This document shows positions 33,091 through 44,101 of a stretch of DNA of 64,000 nucleotides, one piece after another. The position numbers were made by a program, and so were the translations under genes. This DNA is from Candidatus Cloacimonadota bacterium (GTDB taxonomy: Bacteria; Cloacimonadota; Cloacimonadia; G963667145), in NCBI GenBank assembly GCA_963676615.1, contig OY781092.1, positions 1,024,001-1,088,000 of the forward strand, given 5' to 3'. How positions within the stretch are numbered: the stretch's first letter is position 1; every line of letters begins with the position of its first letter. Under the pieces are notes generated by a model. That model was not told the origin of the DNA. It did no database searches and saw only the letters and a list, made by a program, of their open reading frames with translations.

Positions 33091-36000
33091 ATGAGTATAA
33101 ATTGGAACAACATAAGACCATTAGAAAATTCTCAGAATGAAGGATTTGAAGAATTAGTTTGTCAATTAGCAAGGAAAGAAGATATTCCAAATAGAAAAGA
33201 ATTCATTCGGAAAGGAAAACCAGATGCTGGAGTTGAATGTCTTTGGACTCTTAATAATGATGACGAATTTGCATGGCAAGCAAAATTTTTCACGAATAGT
33301 ATTGAGGAAAACCAATGGGCACAAATTGACAAATCAGTTAAAACGGTTCTTGACAAGCACCCTAATTTAAAAAAGTATTATATTGCGATTCCAAATGACC
33401 CACCAGATGCAAGGATTGAAGGGCAAACTTCAATGTTAGATAAGTGGAATTTAAGAGTTTCAAAATGGGAAGAATGGGCTGAAAATAAAGGGGTGAGAAT
33501 TGAATTTATTCCTTGGTGGAGTTCCGATTTAATTGAAAGATTACAAAAACCTGAAAATGTTGGCTTAACTTACTTTTGGTTTAATAAAGAGGAATTTACT
33601 GATAAGTGGTGTATTGAGCAATCTGAACTTTCTATTACTGATTTAGGCAAAAGGTATACACCAAAACTAAACATCCAATTAAAAATAGCTGAAATTTTTA
33701 ACGGAATATCGAGAGATGAAAAGTTTAAAAGACAGGTAATAAATCTCTTCGATGATTTACTGATTAAGGGTTCTAAAATTATTCCCAAAATAAAAGCTTT
33801 AGATTCCTACTCCTCAGAAATTCAAAAGGAATTAAAAGCAATTCATGCTTTGTTTGAAGCTATTAATTTTAAGGGGATTCAAACATTGCCTATCGACGCA
33901 TTTTTAGAATTACTTAAAAATACAAGTGAGATAGTATCTCATATTAAGAACTACTATTTAGATGAGGAGTCCAAGTTGCAAGTTAAACCTGATGATTATA
34001 GATATTATAAGAAATTTGGATATGAGATAAGCCATATAAGAGATTTTGAAGGCTCAATATATGAACTAACACGGTTCCTTGAGGGCACAACAATAAAACT
34101 AGCAAATCATCCATTTCTATTATTAGAAGGAGAAGCTGGCATAGGAAAATCACATTTATTAGCAGATATAATAAGTACACGTACTAAGAATAATCTAATT
34201 AGCCTTTTCTTTTTAGGTCAACATTTTGTTACAGATGAAGATCCTTGGACACAAATATTCAAAAAGAATGATATAAACTGTTCTGTAAATGAATTTCTAG
34301 GAGCACTTAACTCGAAAGCCCAAATTTCAGGACAACGGATAATTATATTTATTGATGCAGTTAATGAGGGACGCGGTAAATATTTTTGGGATAAGAATAT
34401 CAAAAGTTTTCTTTCGAAAATTAAAAAGTATGAATGGTTAGGTGTTGTAATTTCTATACGAACATCGTATTCTGAACTAATTTTTCCAGAAGATGAAATT
34501 AAAGAAGAAGATATTATTAGATATACACATTACGGGTTTAGAAATCGAGAGTATGAAGCAACAAAACTATTTTTCAACAATTACAGCATAGAGCTGCCTA
34601 GTATTCCCTTGTTGCATCCAGAGTTTCAAAACCCCTTATTCCTATTACTATTCTGTGAAGGTTTAAATAAAGCTGGTTACACTAGAATTCCTGATGGTTT
34701 ACAAGGTATAACAGCTATATTTGATTTTTTCCTCAATAGCGTTAATGATATTCTTTCAAAACCAACTCGATTAGATTATTCGAAAAGCATAAACGTTGTT
34801 AGAAAAGCAATAGAATCTTTAATTACATACAAGATTGAAAATCAATTAAGATACGTTTCATATGAGCAAGCATTTATTTTAGTTAATAAAATATCACAAG
34901 AATTTAGTACGAAAAGAGGTTTGCTTGATGAATTAGTATCTGAAGGAATACTTTCTAAAAACTTGTTTTGGAATCCTGAAAAACAATATGAAGAAGGAGT
35001 TTATTTAGCCTATGAACGTTTTGAAGACCATCTAACATCGACGTACATTTTAAATACAAACCCTGAGTTAGAAGAAGCCTTTAAAGAAGATGGAAATCTT
35101 TACCACTTAGTTAAGGATGAACATTCTTGCCATATAAATAAAGGAGTAATCGAAGCTCTTACAATTCAACTTCCTGAAAAAACTGGAAAAGAATTTTATG
35201 AATATGTTCCTCATGTAAAGGATAGTTACCCTATTATTGAATGTTTTGTGCAAAGTTTACTATGGCGTAAAACTGAAACAATATCTGAAAAACTCGTTGA
35301 TTATGTAAATTCTAATGTTTTCACATATCAAGATACTTATGATTTGTTTTGGGATACAATTTTATCTATAACATCTATTCCTAACCATTATTTTAACGCT
35401 TATTCATTGCATAAAAAACTTATGGGAGTCAGTTTACCAAAGAGGGATGCTTGGTGGACAATTTACCTTAAACAGCAATTTTATGATGAATCAGCAGTTA
35501 AGAGACTTATTGATTGGGCTTGGAATACTCATGATAAAAGCCATATTTCTGATGAATCAGTAAAGTTGGCTTCAATAACCTTATCTTGGTTTTATACAAG
35601 TACGAATAGAAAACTACGAGATTCTGCGACTAAAGCCTTAATTTGTCTTTTGGAAAATCGAATTCATGTTTTAATTGAGTTACTTAAGAAATTCGAAAAT
35701 GTAAACGACCCTTATGTTTATGAAAGGTTATTTGCAGTTGCATATGGCTGTTCTGTAAGAACTAAACAAACAGACAAACTAAGTGAGCTTAGCAACTATA
35801 TATACGAAACCATATTCAAAGATAAAGTGGAGGTTTATCCTCATATTCTTTTAAGAGATTATGCAAGAGGAGTAATTGAATTTACTTCTTATCTTGGTTA
35901 TGATTTAGATTTTGATATTTCAGAATCAAGACCTCCATATAAAAGTTCTTTTACCAATAATTTTCCAACAAATGAGGAAATTGAAGAGTTATATGAACCC

Positions 36001-37320
36001 AAAAATGAAGAAGGGCATTACGGCAGAGAGAAATGGGGTAATACCGCATTACTTATGTCAATGGGAACGGAACATGGGCGAAGAATGTATGGAGACTTTG
36101 GTAGATATGTTTTTCAAAGTGCATTAGGAAGTTGGGATTTAGATCCTAATGGTTTAAGTAATTTAGCTATTAAGTGGATTTTTGAAAAATATGGCTATGA
36201 TTCAAAATTGTTTAATGATTTTGACTTAAAAATTGGAACAGGACGAGTAAGAAATACTATTCCCCACGAACGGATTGGCAAGAAATACCAATGGATTGCA
36301 CTTCATGAAATGCTGGCAAGAGTTTCTGACAATTGCCAAAAATACGCAGATTGGAGTTATAGACATGAGGAGGAAGAAGACTACCAAGGTCCGTGGATTC
36401 CCAATGTTAGAGATATTGACCCTACAATGCTAATAAATAAAACTGGAAGTTATGATGAGGAAGAACCTAATGACTTCTGGTGGTCACAGGTTAAATATGC
36501 GAATTGGGAATTAGATAATAAGGAATGGGCAAAATTGAGTGAAGACCTTCCATGTTCAAAGGAACTAATAAATGTTGCCGACAAAAATAATGAGGAATGG
36601 CTCATACTTGAAGGTCATCCTGAGTGGGCAGAATCAAAGAAAGTTGGAGATGAGAAATGGGATAAACCTCATAAAAGAATGTGGTATCAAGTTAGAAGTT
36701 ATTTAATTGAAGAAGCTGACTATGATAAAATCAAAGATTGGTCTTTAAATCAAGATTTTATGGGACGATGGATGCCAGAAAGTTCGAGTAGATATGAAGT
36801 ATTTAGTAGAGAATATTATTGGTCGCCTGCTTACAATTATTTTAACAACAAGGAGTATTACGATGGAATGGAACTTCGAAAAGTACATGATAATATAACT
36901 GGTGAATATATCAGTGATGCTATTTTAACTACAAATGACTTTTTATGGGAAGAAGAATTTGATAAGTCTAAAGAAGATACTATTAGCTTTCTTAAACCGT
37001 CAAAACATATCTATGAAAACATGAAGTTGGTGTTTTCTAAGAAAGAAGGTGAATTTATTGACGAGAAAGGTGAGACTATATGTTTTGCACCTTCTGTACA
37101 TTTTGATTCTAAATCTTATCTATTAATTAAGAAAGAGCCATTTCTTAAGTTCTTAAAAGAAAGTAAACTAAGAATACTTTGGACAGTTTTAGGTGAGAAA
37201 AATATAATTGGAGGTCATTCAAACAGAGATGTTTTTTATGACAGGTTAGAAATAAGTGGAGCATATTATTTAAATGAAAGTAATGAGGTTGAAGGAAATA
37301 TTAATACGAAAATTACCTAG
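33091..37320 (+). CDS. avs2: AVAST type 2-like STAND NTPase with N-terminal nuclease-like domain
   Basis: 1409 aa. N-terminal FEEL..D.GVE..WQAK (Mrr/PD-(D/E)xK-like), Walker A GEAGIGKS, Walker B IFIDAVNE, D.YV.ERL and ERIGKKYQWIA. Confidence 0.8.
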   Translation: MSINWNNIRPLENSQNEGFEELVCQLARKEDIPNRKEFIRKGKPDAGVECLWTLNNDDEFAWQAKFFTNSIEENQWAQIDKSVKTVLDKHPNLKKYYIAIPNDPPDARIEGQTSMLDKWNLRVSKWEEWAENKGVRIEFIPWWSSDLIERLQKPENVGLTYFWFNKEEFTDKWCIEQSELSITDLGKRYTPKLNIQLKIAEIFNGISRDEKFKRQVINLFDDLLIKGSKIIPKIKALDSYSSEIQKELKAIHALFEAINFKGIQTLPIDAFLELLKNTSEIVSHIKNYYLDEESKLQVKPDDYRYYKKFGYEISHIRDFEGSIYELTRFLEGTTIKLANHPFLLLEGEAGIGKSHLLADIISTRTKNNLISLFFLGQHFVTDEDPWTQIFKKNDINCSVNEFLGALNSKAQISGQRIIIFIDAVNEGRGKYFWDKNIKSFLSKIKKYEWLGVVISIRTSYSELIFPEDEIKEEDIIRYTHYGFRNREYEATKLFFNNYSIELPSIPLLHPEFQNPLFLLLFCEGLNKAGYTRIPDGLQGITAIFDFFLNSVNDILSKPTRLDYSKSINVVRKAIESLITYKIENQLRYVSYEQAFILVNKISQEFSTKRGLLDELVSEGILSKNLFWNPEKQYEEGVYLAYERFEDHLTSTYILNTNPELEEAFKEDGNLYHLVKDEHSCHINKGVIEALTIQLPEKTGKEFYEYVPHVKDSYPIIECFVQSLLWRKTETISEKLVDYVNSNVFTYQDTYDLFWDTILSITSIPNHYFNAYSLHKKLMGVSLPKRDAWWTIYLKQQFYDESAVKRLIDWAWNTHDKSHISDESVKLASITLSWFYTSTNRKLRDSATKALICLLENRIHVLIELLKKFENVNDPYVYERLFAVAYGCSVRTKQTDKLSELSNYIYETIFKDKVEVYPHILLRDYARGVIEFTSYLGYDLDFDISESRPPYKSSFTNNFPTNEEIEELYEPKNEEGHYGREKWGNTALLMSMGTEHGRRMYGDFGRYVFQSALGSWDLDPNGLSNLAIKWIFEKYGYDSKLFNDFDLKIGTGRVRNTIPHERIGKKYQWIALHEMLARVSDNCQKYADWSYRHEEEEDYQGPWIPNVRDIDPTMLINKTGSYDEEEPNDFWWSQVKYANWELDNKEWAKLSEDLPCSKELINVADKNNEEWLILEGHPEWAESKKVGDEKWDKPHKRMWYQVRSYLIEEADYDKIKDWSLNQDFMGRWMPESSSRYEVFSREYYWSPAYNYFNNKEYYDGMELRKVHDNITGEYISDAILTTNDFLWEEEFDKSKEDTISFLKPSKHIYENMKLVFSKKEGEFIDEKGETICFAPSVHFDSKSYLLIKKEPFLKFLKESKLRILWTVLGEKNIIGGHSNRDVFYDRLEISGAYYLNESNEVEGNINTKIT

Positions 37321-37321
37321 C

Positions 37322-37407
37322 GCTACAAAGCCATACACATTGTCAAGTCGCTCTAAAATGCCCTCGCACAACCAAAACTTGTCAAAGAGTATGTCTTTTG
37401 CCAACCC
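37322..37407 (+). repeat. CACATT/AAAGAG hairpin motif, copy 4 (downstream of avs2)
   Basis: CACATT at 37336, AAAGAG at 37384, stem TTGTCAAGT/ACTTGTCAA (8/9). Confidence 0.7.
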
Positions 37408-37501
37408 TAAAAACTAATTTTTTCGGGAAAAGCAGTGCTTCAATTGAGCAGATATGTGTTTGTAAAAAAATGATAATTAACTGATAATGAATAAACACCA
37501 A

Positions 37502-37590
37502 CAGCTAACAATAAATATATGTAATGCGGGGTGATGAGCATAAATTTAACTTTAGTACATTTACTAAAAGTTATCTTGGTTTGATAATAA
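37502..37590 (+). other. attC-like site, proximal part only (truncated by an IS end)
   Basis: CAGCTAAC-N5-ATATATGTAATGC parallels 711-735. CAGCTAAC is the exact reverse complement of GTTAGCTG at 32833. Confidence 0.7.
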
Positions 37591-38265
37591 GGCACCGCCC
37601 AAAAAAGTGTGTCTAATCTCCAATTTGGTTTCCGTTTTCCGATTTGAATCCGTCTAAATTTTTCAATTTTCGATTTAACTGTCTATTAAAATTTTCGATT
37701 TGATTCGTGTTTGTATCCAAAAATTTGTATCGAAAATGTGCCGTCAATATCTCAAAATTTCGATTAATCGATTTTATAAATCGCTTATGAATTTTTAGAC
37801 GAAAAAATTTTTAAAAATGGTTCAAAATAGCTAAATTCTCTTTGGCAAACTCCAAATTTTCTGCCAGTAAAATTTACTCTTTTTGGTCTTCGGAATAAAC
37901 ATATTCATATGCCGCAAAAAATGCACTATGCAAATTTGATGCGGCGTTTTAGGAAAAATCATTTTTGAAGGTTTTACAAAACATCTACCTCTTCCAAAAT
38001 CAGAAACAATGCCGCTTATATTGTTGCCATACAAGAAGTTAAGCTTCCTTAGAAAATCTTCGCTCGAGCCTTTATTTTCGCCGTCATAAATTTTGTAAAA
38101 AATCGGTTTTCGCAATTTTTTACTTGTTGCAATTAAAATTGACTTTCGTTTCCCTTTGACTTTGATCTCTTTTCCATCAATGTAAATTACCGTTTTTTCT
38201 ATCTTCTCAAAAATAATATTTTCGGGATAAAAGCGAGCAACTTTTGGCAACCAATTCAAAATTGT
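37591..38265 (-). pseudogene. Frameshifted DDE transposase fragment joined to an IS256-type right end
   Basis: IYIDGK, GIVSD and HQICIVH, then TNQIENFNRQL in another frame. IR GGCACCGCCCAAAAAAGTGTGTCT at 37591. Confidence 0.75.
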
Positions 38266-38563
38266 GGCACCGCCCAAAAAAGTGTGTCTAATCTCCAATT
38301 TGGTTTCCATTTTCTTAACTTTCTGGGAACAAAATTTTGTCAAATTTAAATTGATAAATCGGATAATTCAGATATTTATCGACCTTGTCCATCGCGACCT
38401 TGCTCAGCAGCAGTAGCACAGACTCATCGCTGGGCATCGAGTTTCTGATTTTCAAAACTTTCCGAAACTGTTTATTCAAATTTTCGATCCAATTTGTGGT
38501 GTAAATCAGCCGCTGAATCCTGTGGTCAAACTCCAAAAAAGTGGAAGGCACCGCCCAAAAAAG
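38266..38563 (-). mobile_element. 3' remnant of the IS256-family element, plus a further partial IR
   Basis: Near-identical to the reverse complement of ~43824-44101. IRs at 38266 and 38547. Confidence 0.9.
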
Positions 38564-38610
38564 CCTCTTCAGGTCAACGCCAAAAGAGACTTTAACTTAT
38601 ATCTTCAAAA

Positions 38611-40965
38611 TTACTGGATTCTGCGTTCTTTTTCCTCTTTGGAGAAAGTCTCGATAACATCGCCCTCTTTGAGGTCGTTAAAGTCCTCGATGCTCAGCCC
38701 GCAATCGGTGCCCGCTTTCACCTCTTTCACTTCGTCCTTATAGTGCTTCAAGCTCGAGAGTTGTCCCTCGTAAATCTGAATATCGTCGCGGTAGAGGCGA
38801 ACCAACGCATCGGAGCGCACTGCGCCTTTTTCCACAACACAACCAGCGATTGTGCCCACACCTTTGATTTTAAACACCTTTTTCAGCCTCGCCATACCTC
38901 CGGCAACCTCAATCACCTCTGGCGAAAGCAAACCAGACATCGCATCTTTCAGGTCGTCAATCGCGTCGTAGATGACGGTGTAGAGCCGAATTTGCACATT
39001 CTCGTTGTCCGCCAAAAGTTTCGCCTCGTTGCTGGCGCGCACATGAAATCCGACGATAATCGCATCCGACGCCGAAGCCAGCGAAACATCCGTCTCCAGC
39101 ACTCCGCCAACAGCCGCGTGAATAATCCTTACCTCCACCTCGTCTGTCGAAAGTTTTTGGAAAGAGTCTTTCAGCGCCTCGATAGAACCGTCGCTGTCCG
39201 CCTTTATCAAAAGATTTATCTTATGCAAATTTTCTTGATTTATCCGCTTGAAAAGGTTGCTCATATTTGTGTGCGTCATAAAACCTTTTTGCTTTTTGCG
39301 CATATAAAGCCGCTCTTGCGCAATCTGAGACGCCAGCTTTTCGCTATCCATTTTATTCAAAACATCGCCCGCTTTGCTCACATCTTTAAGACCATAAATC
39401 ACAGCCACACCAGAGGGCTTAAGCTGTTTGACCTGCTTGCCGCTCTCGTCCAGCATCTTTCGCACTCTGCCATAAGTCGAGCCACAAACGATAATATCGC
39501 CCTTGCTCAAAGTTCCCTCTTGCACCAAAATCGTCGTCTTCGTGCCCACTTGCGGATCTCTTTGCGCCTCGATAACCACACCTTTGGCGTTGCAATCAAC
39601 CTTCGCCTGCAGCTCCTTCATCTGAGCCACCAAAGCCACAGAATCCAAAAGCTCATCAATGCCATCGCCAGTCTTTGCCGAACATTTCACCCAAACAACA
39701 TCGCCGCCGTAGCCTTCCAGAAAAAGATTTTGCTTCGCCAAATCGCCAATCGTCTTATCAACATTCGCCTCTGGCAAATCCATCTTGTTAATCGCAACCA
39801 CAATCTCCACGCCAGCTGCCCTTGCGTGATCGATCGCCTCCACCGTTTGCGGCTTTACGCTATCGTTGGCAGCCACCACAATAATCACCACATCGGTAAC
39901 ATTCGCGCCTCTTGCCCGCATCGCCGTAAAGGCCTCGTGTCCTGGAGTATCCAAAAAAGTAATCAGCCCCTTGCTCGAAGAAACTTGATACGCACCAATA
40001 TGCTGCGTAATCCCACCAGACTCGCCCGCTGTCACTTTCGTTTTGCGGATATAGTCCAAAATCGAAGTCTTGCCGTGGTCAACATGCCCCATCACCGTCA
40101 CTATCGGCGGACGCGACTCCAGCGGCACATCGGCAGACTCCACAGCCGTCTCCTGCTCGATCAGCTCCGCGCCATACTCCTCTTCAAACTCCACCTCAAA
40201 ATTGAACTCCGAACAGATAAACTCCAGAGTATCCTTGTCCAAACGCTGATTGATCGTCGCCATCTGCCCTTGTTTAAAAAGGTGCGAGATAATCTCCGAC
40301 GGCTCAATATCCATCAATTTGGAAAGCTCAGCCACCGAAGTAAACTCGCTCACCGTAATCTTAGAGGTCTCGCCGTCAACCCGCTTCGCCTCTTTCTTAT
40401 ACTTCTTCTTTTTGGCAGGACCTACCAGCACCTGCTTGATGCTCTTAGCGATTTCCTCGTCCTTCTTCCGCTTCTTCGACTTGCTATAATTTTTGTTAAC
40501 AGCACCGCTCTCTTTGTTATCCGTAAAAACTCGCTTCTTCTTCGACTTGCTCTTATAAGCAGCCTCGTCCACGCTGACATTCTCGTTTCTGCTGGTTGTT
40601 TGCGGCTTCCCGCTGTAACCGCTAGACGACTTCGTTTTGTCCAACTTCTCGGACGAACTCCATTGCCCATACGACTTCCGCCGCTGACCAGAATGCGCTC
40701 TGCCTGCGCCATCGCCGCCAGATCTGCCAGAATCGCGATCTCCACCACGCGGAGCTCTGCCCTGATGAATCTTCTTCGCCTTTTTTTGAGTATCTTTGAT
40801 ATTCGACATCGTCTGCTGCACAAACTGCTTAACCTTTTGCGCCTGCTCATCGCTAACCTCACTCAAATGAGACTTCACCTCCACTCCAACAATCTTCAAA
40901 TAAGATTTCAAAGCAGCCGAGGCAATCTTCATCTCCTTAGCCAAATCTTTCACTTTTATACTCAA
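38611..40965 (-). CDS. infB: Translation initiation factor IF-2
   Basis: [25 protein letters not shown] and NKMD. TTG start with GGAGG. Confidence 0.97.
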   Translation of the reverse strand: MSIKVKDLAKEMKIASAALKSYLKIVGVEVKSHLSEVSDEQAQKVKQFVQQTMSNIKDTQKKAKKIHQGRAPRGGDRDSGRSGGDGAGRAHSGQRRKSYGQWSSSEKLDKTKSSSGYSGKPQTTSRNENVSVDEAAYKSKSKKKRVFTDNKESGAVNKNYSKSKKRKKDEEIAKSIKQVLVGPAKKKKYKKEAKRVDGETSKITVSEFTSVAELSKLMDIEPSEIISHLFKQGQMATINQRLDKDTLEFICSEFNFEVEFEEEYGAELIEQETAVESADVPLESRPPIVTVMGHVDHGKTSILDYIRKTKVTAGESGGITQHIGAYQVSSSKGLITFLDTPGHEAFTAMRARGANVTDVVIIVVAANDSVKPQTVEAIDHARAAGVEIVVAINKMDLPEANVDKTIGDLAKQNLFLEGYGGDVVWVKCSAKTGDGIDELLDSVALVAQMKELQAKVDCNAKGVVIEAQRDPQVGTKTTILVQEGTLSKGDIIVCGSTYGRVRKMLDESGKQVKQLKPSGVAVIYGLKDVSKAGDVLNKMDSEKLASQIAQERLYMRKKQKGFMTHTNMSNLFKRINQENLHKINLLIKADSDGSIEALKDSFQKLSTDEVEVRIIHAAVGGVLETDVSLASASDAIIVGFHVRASNEAKLLADNENVQIRLYTVIYDAIDDLKDAMSGLLSPEVIEVAGGMARLKKVFKIKGVGTIAGCVVEKGAVRSDALVRLYRDDIQIYEGQLSSLKHYKDEVKEVKAGTDCGLSIEDFNDLKEGDVIETFSKEEKERRIQ

Positions 40966-40996
40966 AATTCCTCCATAGCCATCAAAAACCGACAGC

Positions 40997-41188
40997 TCAA
41001 AACTTTTTTAATCTCTTGTCCAGCAAATCCAAACACCCTCCACACACATACAACCCTCTGCCAAACACTCTTTTTTTCGCATCAAAAACTGGCCTTCTCT
41101 CCAACAAAACAAACCGCAAAAGCTCCCACTGCTTCCGCCTTGTCCTGCACACCACACAAGTTCGCAGCCGCTTTATCTTCATCGCCAC
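40997..41188 (-). CDS. ylxR: YlxR (DUF448) family RNA-binding protein
   Basis: RTCVVCR..ELLR..GRGLYVC..C. Lies between nusA and infB. Confidence 0.85.
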   Translation of the reverse strand: MAMKIKRLRTCVVCRTRRKQWELLRFVLLERRPVFDAKKRVFGRGLYVCGGCLDLLDKRLKKF

Positions 41189-41204
41189 TCACTTCTCTAG
41201 CCCC

Positions 41205-42425
41205 TTAAAAATTCTCAGCAGACCTCTTCAATTTTTCGATAATCTTCAGCCCGATGCCCTGCAAATTCGCCAGCTCATCCACAGACGCCCTGTAAATATC
41301 CTCCACCGAAGTGTAGCCGTTGCTCTTCAAAATCTCCGACGCTTTCGGCGTAATGCCGTCCAAATCGTCGATATGGCTCATCACTCGGCGCTCCTTCTCC
41401 AGCTGCTGTTCGAACTCCTCTTCGGTAAAAATATCGATTTTATAGCCAGTCAACTTCGCCGCCAGCTTCACATTTATTCCGCCCTTACCAATAGCCTTAT
41501 TCTTTTGATTGCTAATCACTCGGGCAAACTTCCCGTGCTCGGCAAGATAAACCTTCTCCACAAAATCGATGCCCACAGCGTTGGCGATAAACTGCTCCAA
41601 ATTCTCGCTCCAATACACCAAATCGATGCTCTCGTCACCCAAATTTTTGCAAATCTCCTTAATCCGCAAACCTTTTGGACCATAGCACGAGCTCACTGGG
41701 TCGATATTTGGATTTTCCGTGTAAAGCGCAATCTTCGTCTCCACGCCCGGATCACGCACAATCTTCTTCACCTGCACTTCACCCGAGGCAACCTCTGGCA
41801 CCTCATTCTCCAAAAGCTTTTTGATATACTCTGGATGCGTGCGCGAAAGCACAATACACCCTCTGTTGCGAATCTTCCGCACATCCACGATATACGCCTG
41901 CACGATATTTCCCACACGATAATACTCACCCGAAATCTGCTCATCCGCCGGCAATACCGCATCCGTATAGCCAATATCCACGATATAATCGTTGAACTTC
42001 GTCTCCCGAATTTTGCCCGTAACCACCTGATGCTTCTGCTTATTAAAATCGAACATCACCCGATCGTTCTCCAGCTCCTTGATCCTATCTTGAATAAGCT
42101 TTTTGGCAATCTTAATCGTCTTCGGCTCAAACTCCGAAACCATCACACGGCAATCCATCTGATCGCCAACAGCCACGCCAGAATCGCTAAGACGCGCATC
42201 CTCTATGGAAATTTCATCAAAGTATAAATCGTTCTCCACCACCTCTTTGGCGACCTTGGCATACACCTCGTTTTTCGTCTGATCCACCACAATCTCCAAA
42301 GCCGCAGGTCTCTTCAACCGCTTAGAAATCGCCGCATACAAACTCTCTTTTAGCACCACCAAAAGGTCTTCTCTGTCAAGTTGCTTCAAGTTAGCCAACT
42401 CATTGATAATAGAAATCATACTCAT
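41205..42425 (-). CDS. nusA: Transcription termination factor NusA
   Basis: S1 and KH domains, LSRT, EVPE, AIGKGGINVKLA and C-terminal HhH repeats. Confidence 0.95.
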   Translation of the reverse strand: MSMISIINELANLKQLDREDLLVVLKESLYAAISKRLKRPAALEIVVDQTKNEVYAKVAKEVVENDLYFDEISIEDARLSDSGVAVGDQMDCRVMVSEFEPKTIKIAKKLIQDRIKELENDRVMFDFNKQKHQVVTGKIRETKFNDYIVDIGYTDAVLPADEQISGEYYRVGNIVQAYIVDVRKIRNRGCIVLSRTHPEYIKKLLENEVPEVASGEVQVKKIVRDPGVETKIALYTENPNIDPVSSCYGPKGLRIKEICKNLGDESIDLVYWSENLEQFIANAVGIDFVEKVYLAEHGKFARVISNQKNKAIGKGGINVKLAAKLTGYKIDIFTEEEFEQQLEKERRVMSHIDDLDGITPKASEILKSNGYTSVEDIYRASVDELANLQGIGLKIIEKLKRSAENF

Positions 42426-42630
42426 AATCTTAATCTCCGTATTAACAAACGAAACTTTGCAAAGCGGCTTCTCTCTAACGAAAAACCGAGATTTACAAAG
42501 TTTCGCTTCAATATAAACTCAATAACCAAGGACAAATAAGGAACTAGCCCCATTTCTGTCAACCTTTTTTATGGGGTTAGATTTTAGAACTGTTTTTTAC
42601 TCGCTTGCTCGGGCAAAGCAAGGAGTGCCT

Positions 42631-42654
42631 GGATTCCTGCCTTCGCAGGGATGA
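42631..42654. repeat. REP/dRS3-like palindrome
   Basis: GGATTCCTGCCTTCGCAGGGATGA, resembling the widespread TCATTCCCGCGAAGGCGGGAATCC repeat. Confidence 0.5.
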
Positions 42655-42785
42655 GGAGTTAGTTTTTCTCTTATCAGAGGGATTTTCTCCTTTTCGGAGA
42701 CTTTCGTTACCTTTTTTTGTCTGAACAAAAATAAGGTAACACCAAAAAAAATCAAATCATAAGCCTAAATTCTAACTTGCAAAAC

Positions 42786-44101
42786 GGCACTGTCCAAAAA
42801 AGTGTGTCTGCAGCAAAAAAAACTAGACACAAAAAAAGAATCTCCAATTTTTATAAAAAAAAGAACAAAAAAGGAGATTCTTATGCGATTTAACGCAAGT
42901 CAACTACAAAAAATTTTAGACGAAAATGTCAATGATTATGGCGCGAATAAATTGATCGAGTTCGTTTTTAACAGCCTTATGAAGCTGGAAAGACAGGCTT
43001 TTATGGCGGAAAACAAAAGCTCAAACAACAAAGGCAACGGCTATCGCAGCAGGTGTTTTTCATCTCTCAGCGGCAAAATTCAATTCAAAATTCCGCGCGA
43101 CAGATTCGGTCAATTTTATCCATTTATCTTGGAAATTTTGAAAAAGCAGGAGCAAGAAGTACGAGAATTGGCGTTTCAGCTGTATGCTAAAGGCTTGTCT
43201 ACCAGAGACATAGAGAATGTTTTCGCAAATGTTTTTGGCACGAATTACAAAAAATCGACCATCAGCAATATCAGCCAAGAATTCAAAGAATTGTTGACAA
43301 ATTGGCGAAATAGGCCGCTAGAAAAAAACTATCCGATTATTATGATTGACGCCATACATTCCAAATTGAGGCGGCTCGACAGTGTTGAAACTGAGGCGTT
43401 TTGCGTGGTTATCGGCGTCCGAGAGGACAAAAGTCGGGACATTTTGGCGCTCGAAAATATCCCGACCGAGAGCGCTGCTGGCTGGGAATTCTTGTTTAAT
43501 CGCCTAAAATCGCGAGGCTTGCAAACGACAAAATTGGTCGTGGCTGACGGCCTTGTTGGGCTGGAAAATGTGGTGAGCAAAGTTTTTAAAAATGCGAAAT
43601 TTCAAAAGTGTGTAACTCACTTTAAAAGAAGTCTATTAGCTAAGGTCAGGAATAGTGATAAAAGCGAAATTAGCGACGATTTGAAGGAAATTTTTTGCGT
43701 CGGACAAGAACGCTATACGAAAGAAATTGCTTTGAAAAATTTGGATAATTTTGCGAAAAAATGGGGAGATAAGTATCGATTTACCAAGAAGTTATTAAAC
43801 AGAGACGATGTTGTTTATTATTTCACTTTTTTGGAGTTTGACCACAGAATTCAGCGGCTGATTTACACCACAAATTGGATCGAAAATTTGAATAAACAGT
43901 TTCGGAAAGTTTTGAAAATCAGGAACTCGATGCCCAGCGATGAGTCTGTGCTACTGCTGCTGAGCAAGGTCGCGATGGACAAGGTCGATAAATATCTGAA
44001 TTATCCGATTTATCAATTTAAATTTGACAAAATTTTGTTCCCAGAAAGTTAAGAAAATGGAAACCAAATTGGAGATTAGACACACTTTTTTGGACGGTGC
44101 C
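42786..44101 (+). mobile_element. IS256-family insertion sequence, 1316 bp
   Basis: Terminal IRs GGCAC(T/C)GTCCAAAAAAGTGTGTCT match at 23/24. No flanking target duplication seen. Confidence 0.92.
42883..44052 (+). CDS. IS256-family transposase
   Basis: NGYR, IPRDR, IDA, ADG, QKCVTH and YTTNWIE. AAGGAG RBS. Confidence 0.95.
   Translation: MRFNASQLQKILDENVNDYGANKLIEFVFNSLMKLERQAFMAENKSSNNKGNGYRSRCFSSLSGKIQFKIPRDRFGQFYPFILEILKKQEQEVRELAFQLYAKGLSTRDIENVFANVFGTNYKKSTISNISQEFKELLTNWRNRPLEKNYPIIMIDAIHSKLRRLDSVETEAFCVVIGVREDKSRDILALENIPTESAAGWEFLFNRLKSRGLQTTKLVVADGLVGLENVVSKVFKNAKFQKCVTHFKRSLLAKVRNSDKSEISDDLKEIFCVGQERYTKEIALKNLDNFAKKWGDKYRFTKKLLNRDDVVYYFTFLEFDHRIQRLIYTTNWIENLNKQFRKVLKIRNSMPSDESVLLLLSKVAMDKVDKYLNYPIYQFKFDKILFPES

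Noticed and set aside
37831..38343. 170-aa ORF as an intact gene; also ORF 44024-44320
   Set aside because: Both begin inside IS256 terminal sequence (MTKFCSQKVKK...) and are junction artefacts.
38743..41208. 821-aa ORF antisense to infB, and similar long shadow ORFs (14326-15852, 18462-19655, 41016-42227, 48825-49907)
   Set aside because: They overlap well-supported genes, show no recognisable motifs and are explained by codon and strand bias.
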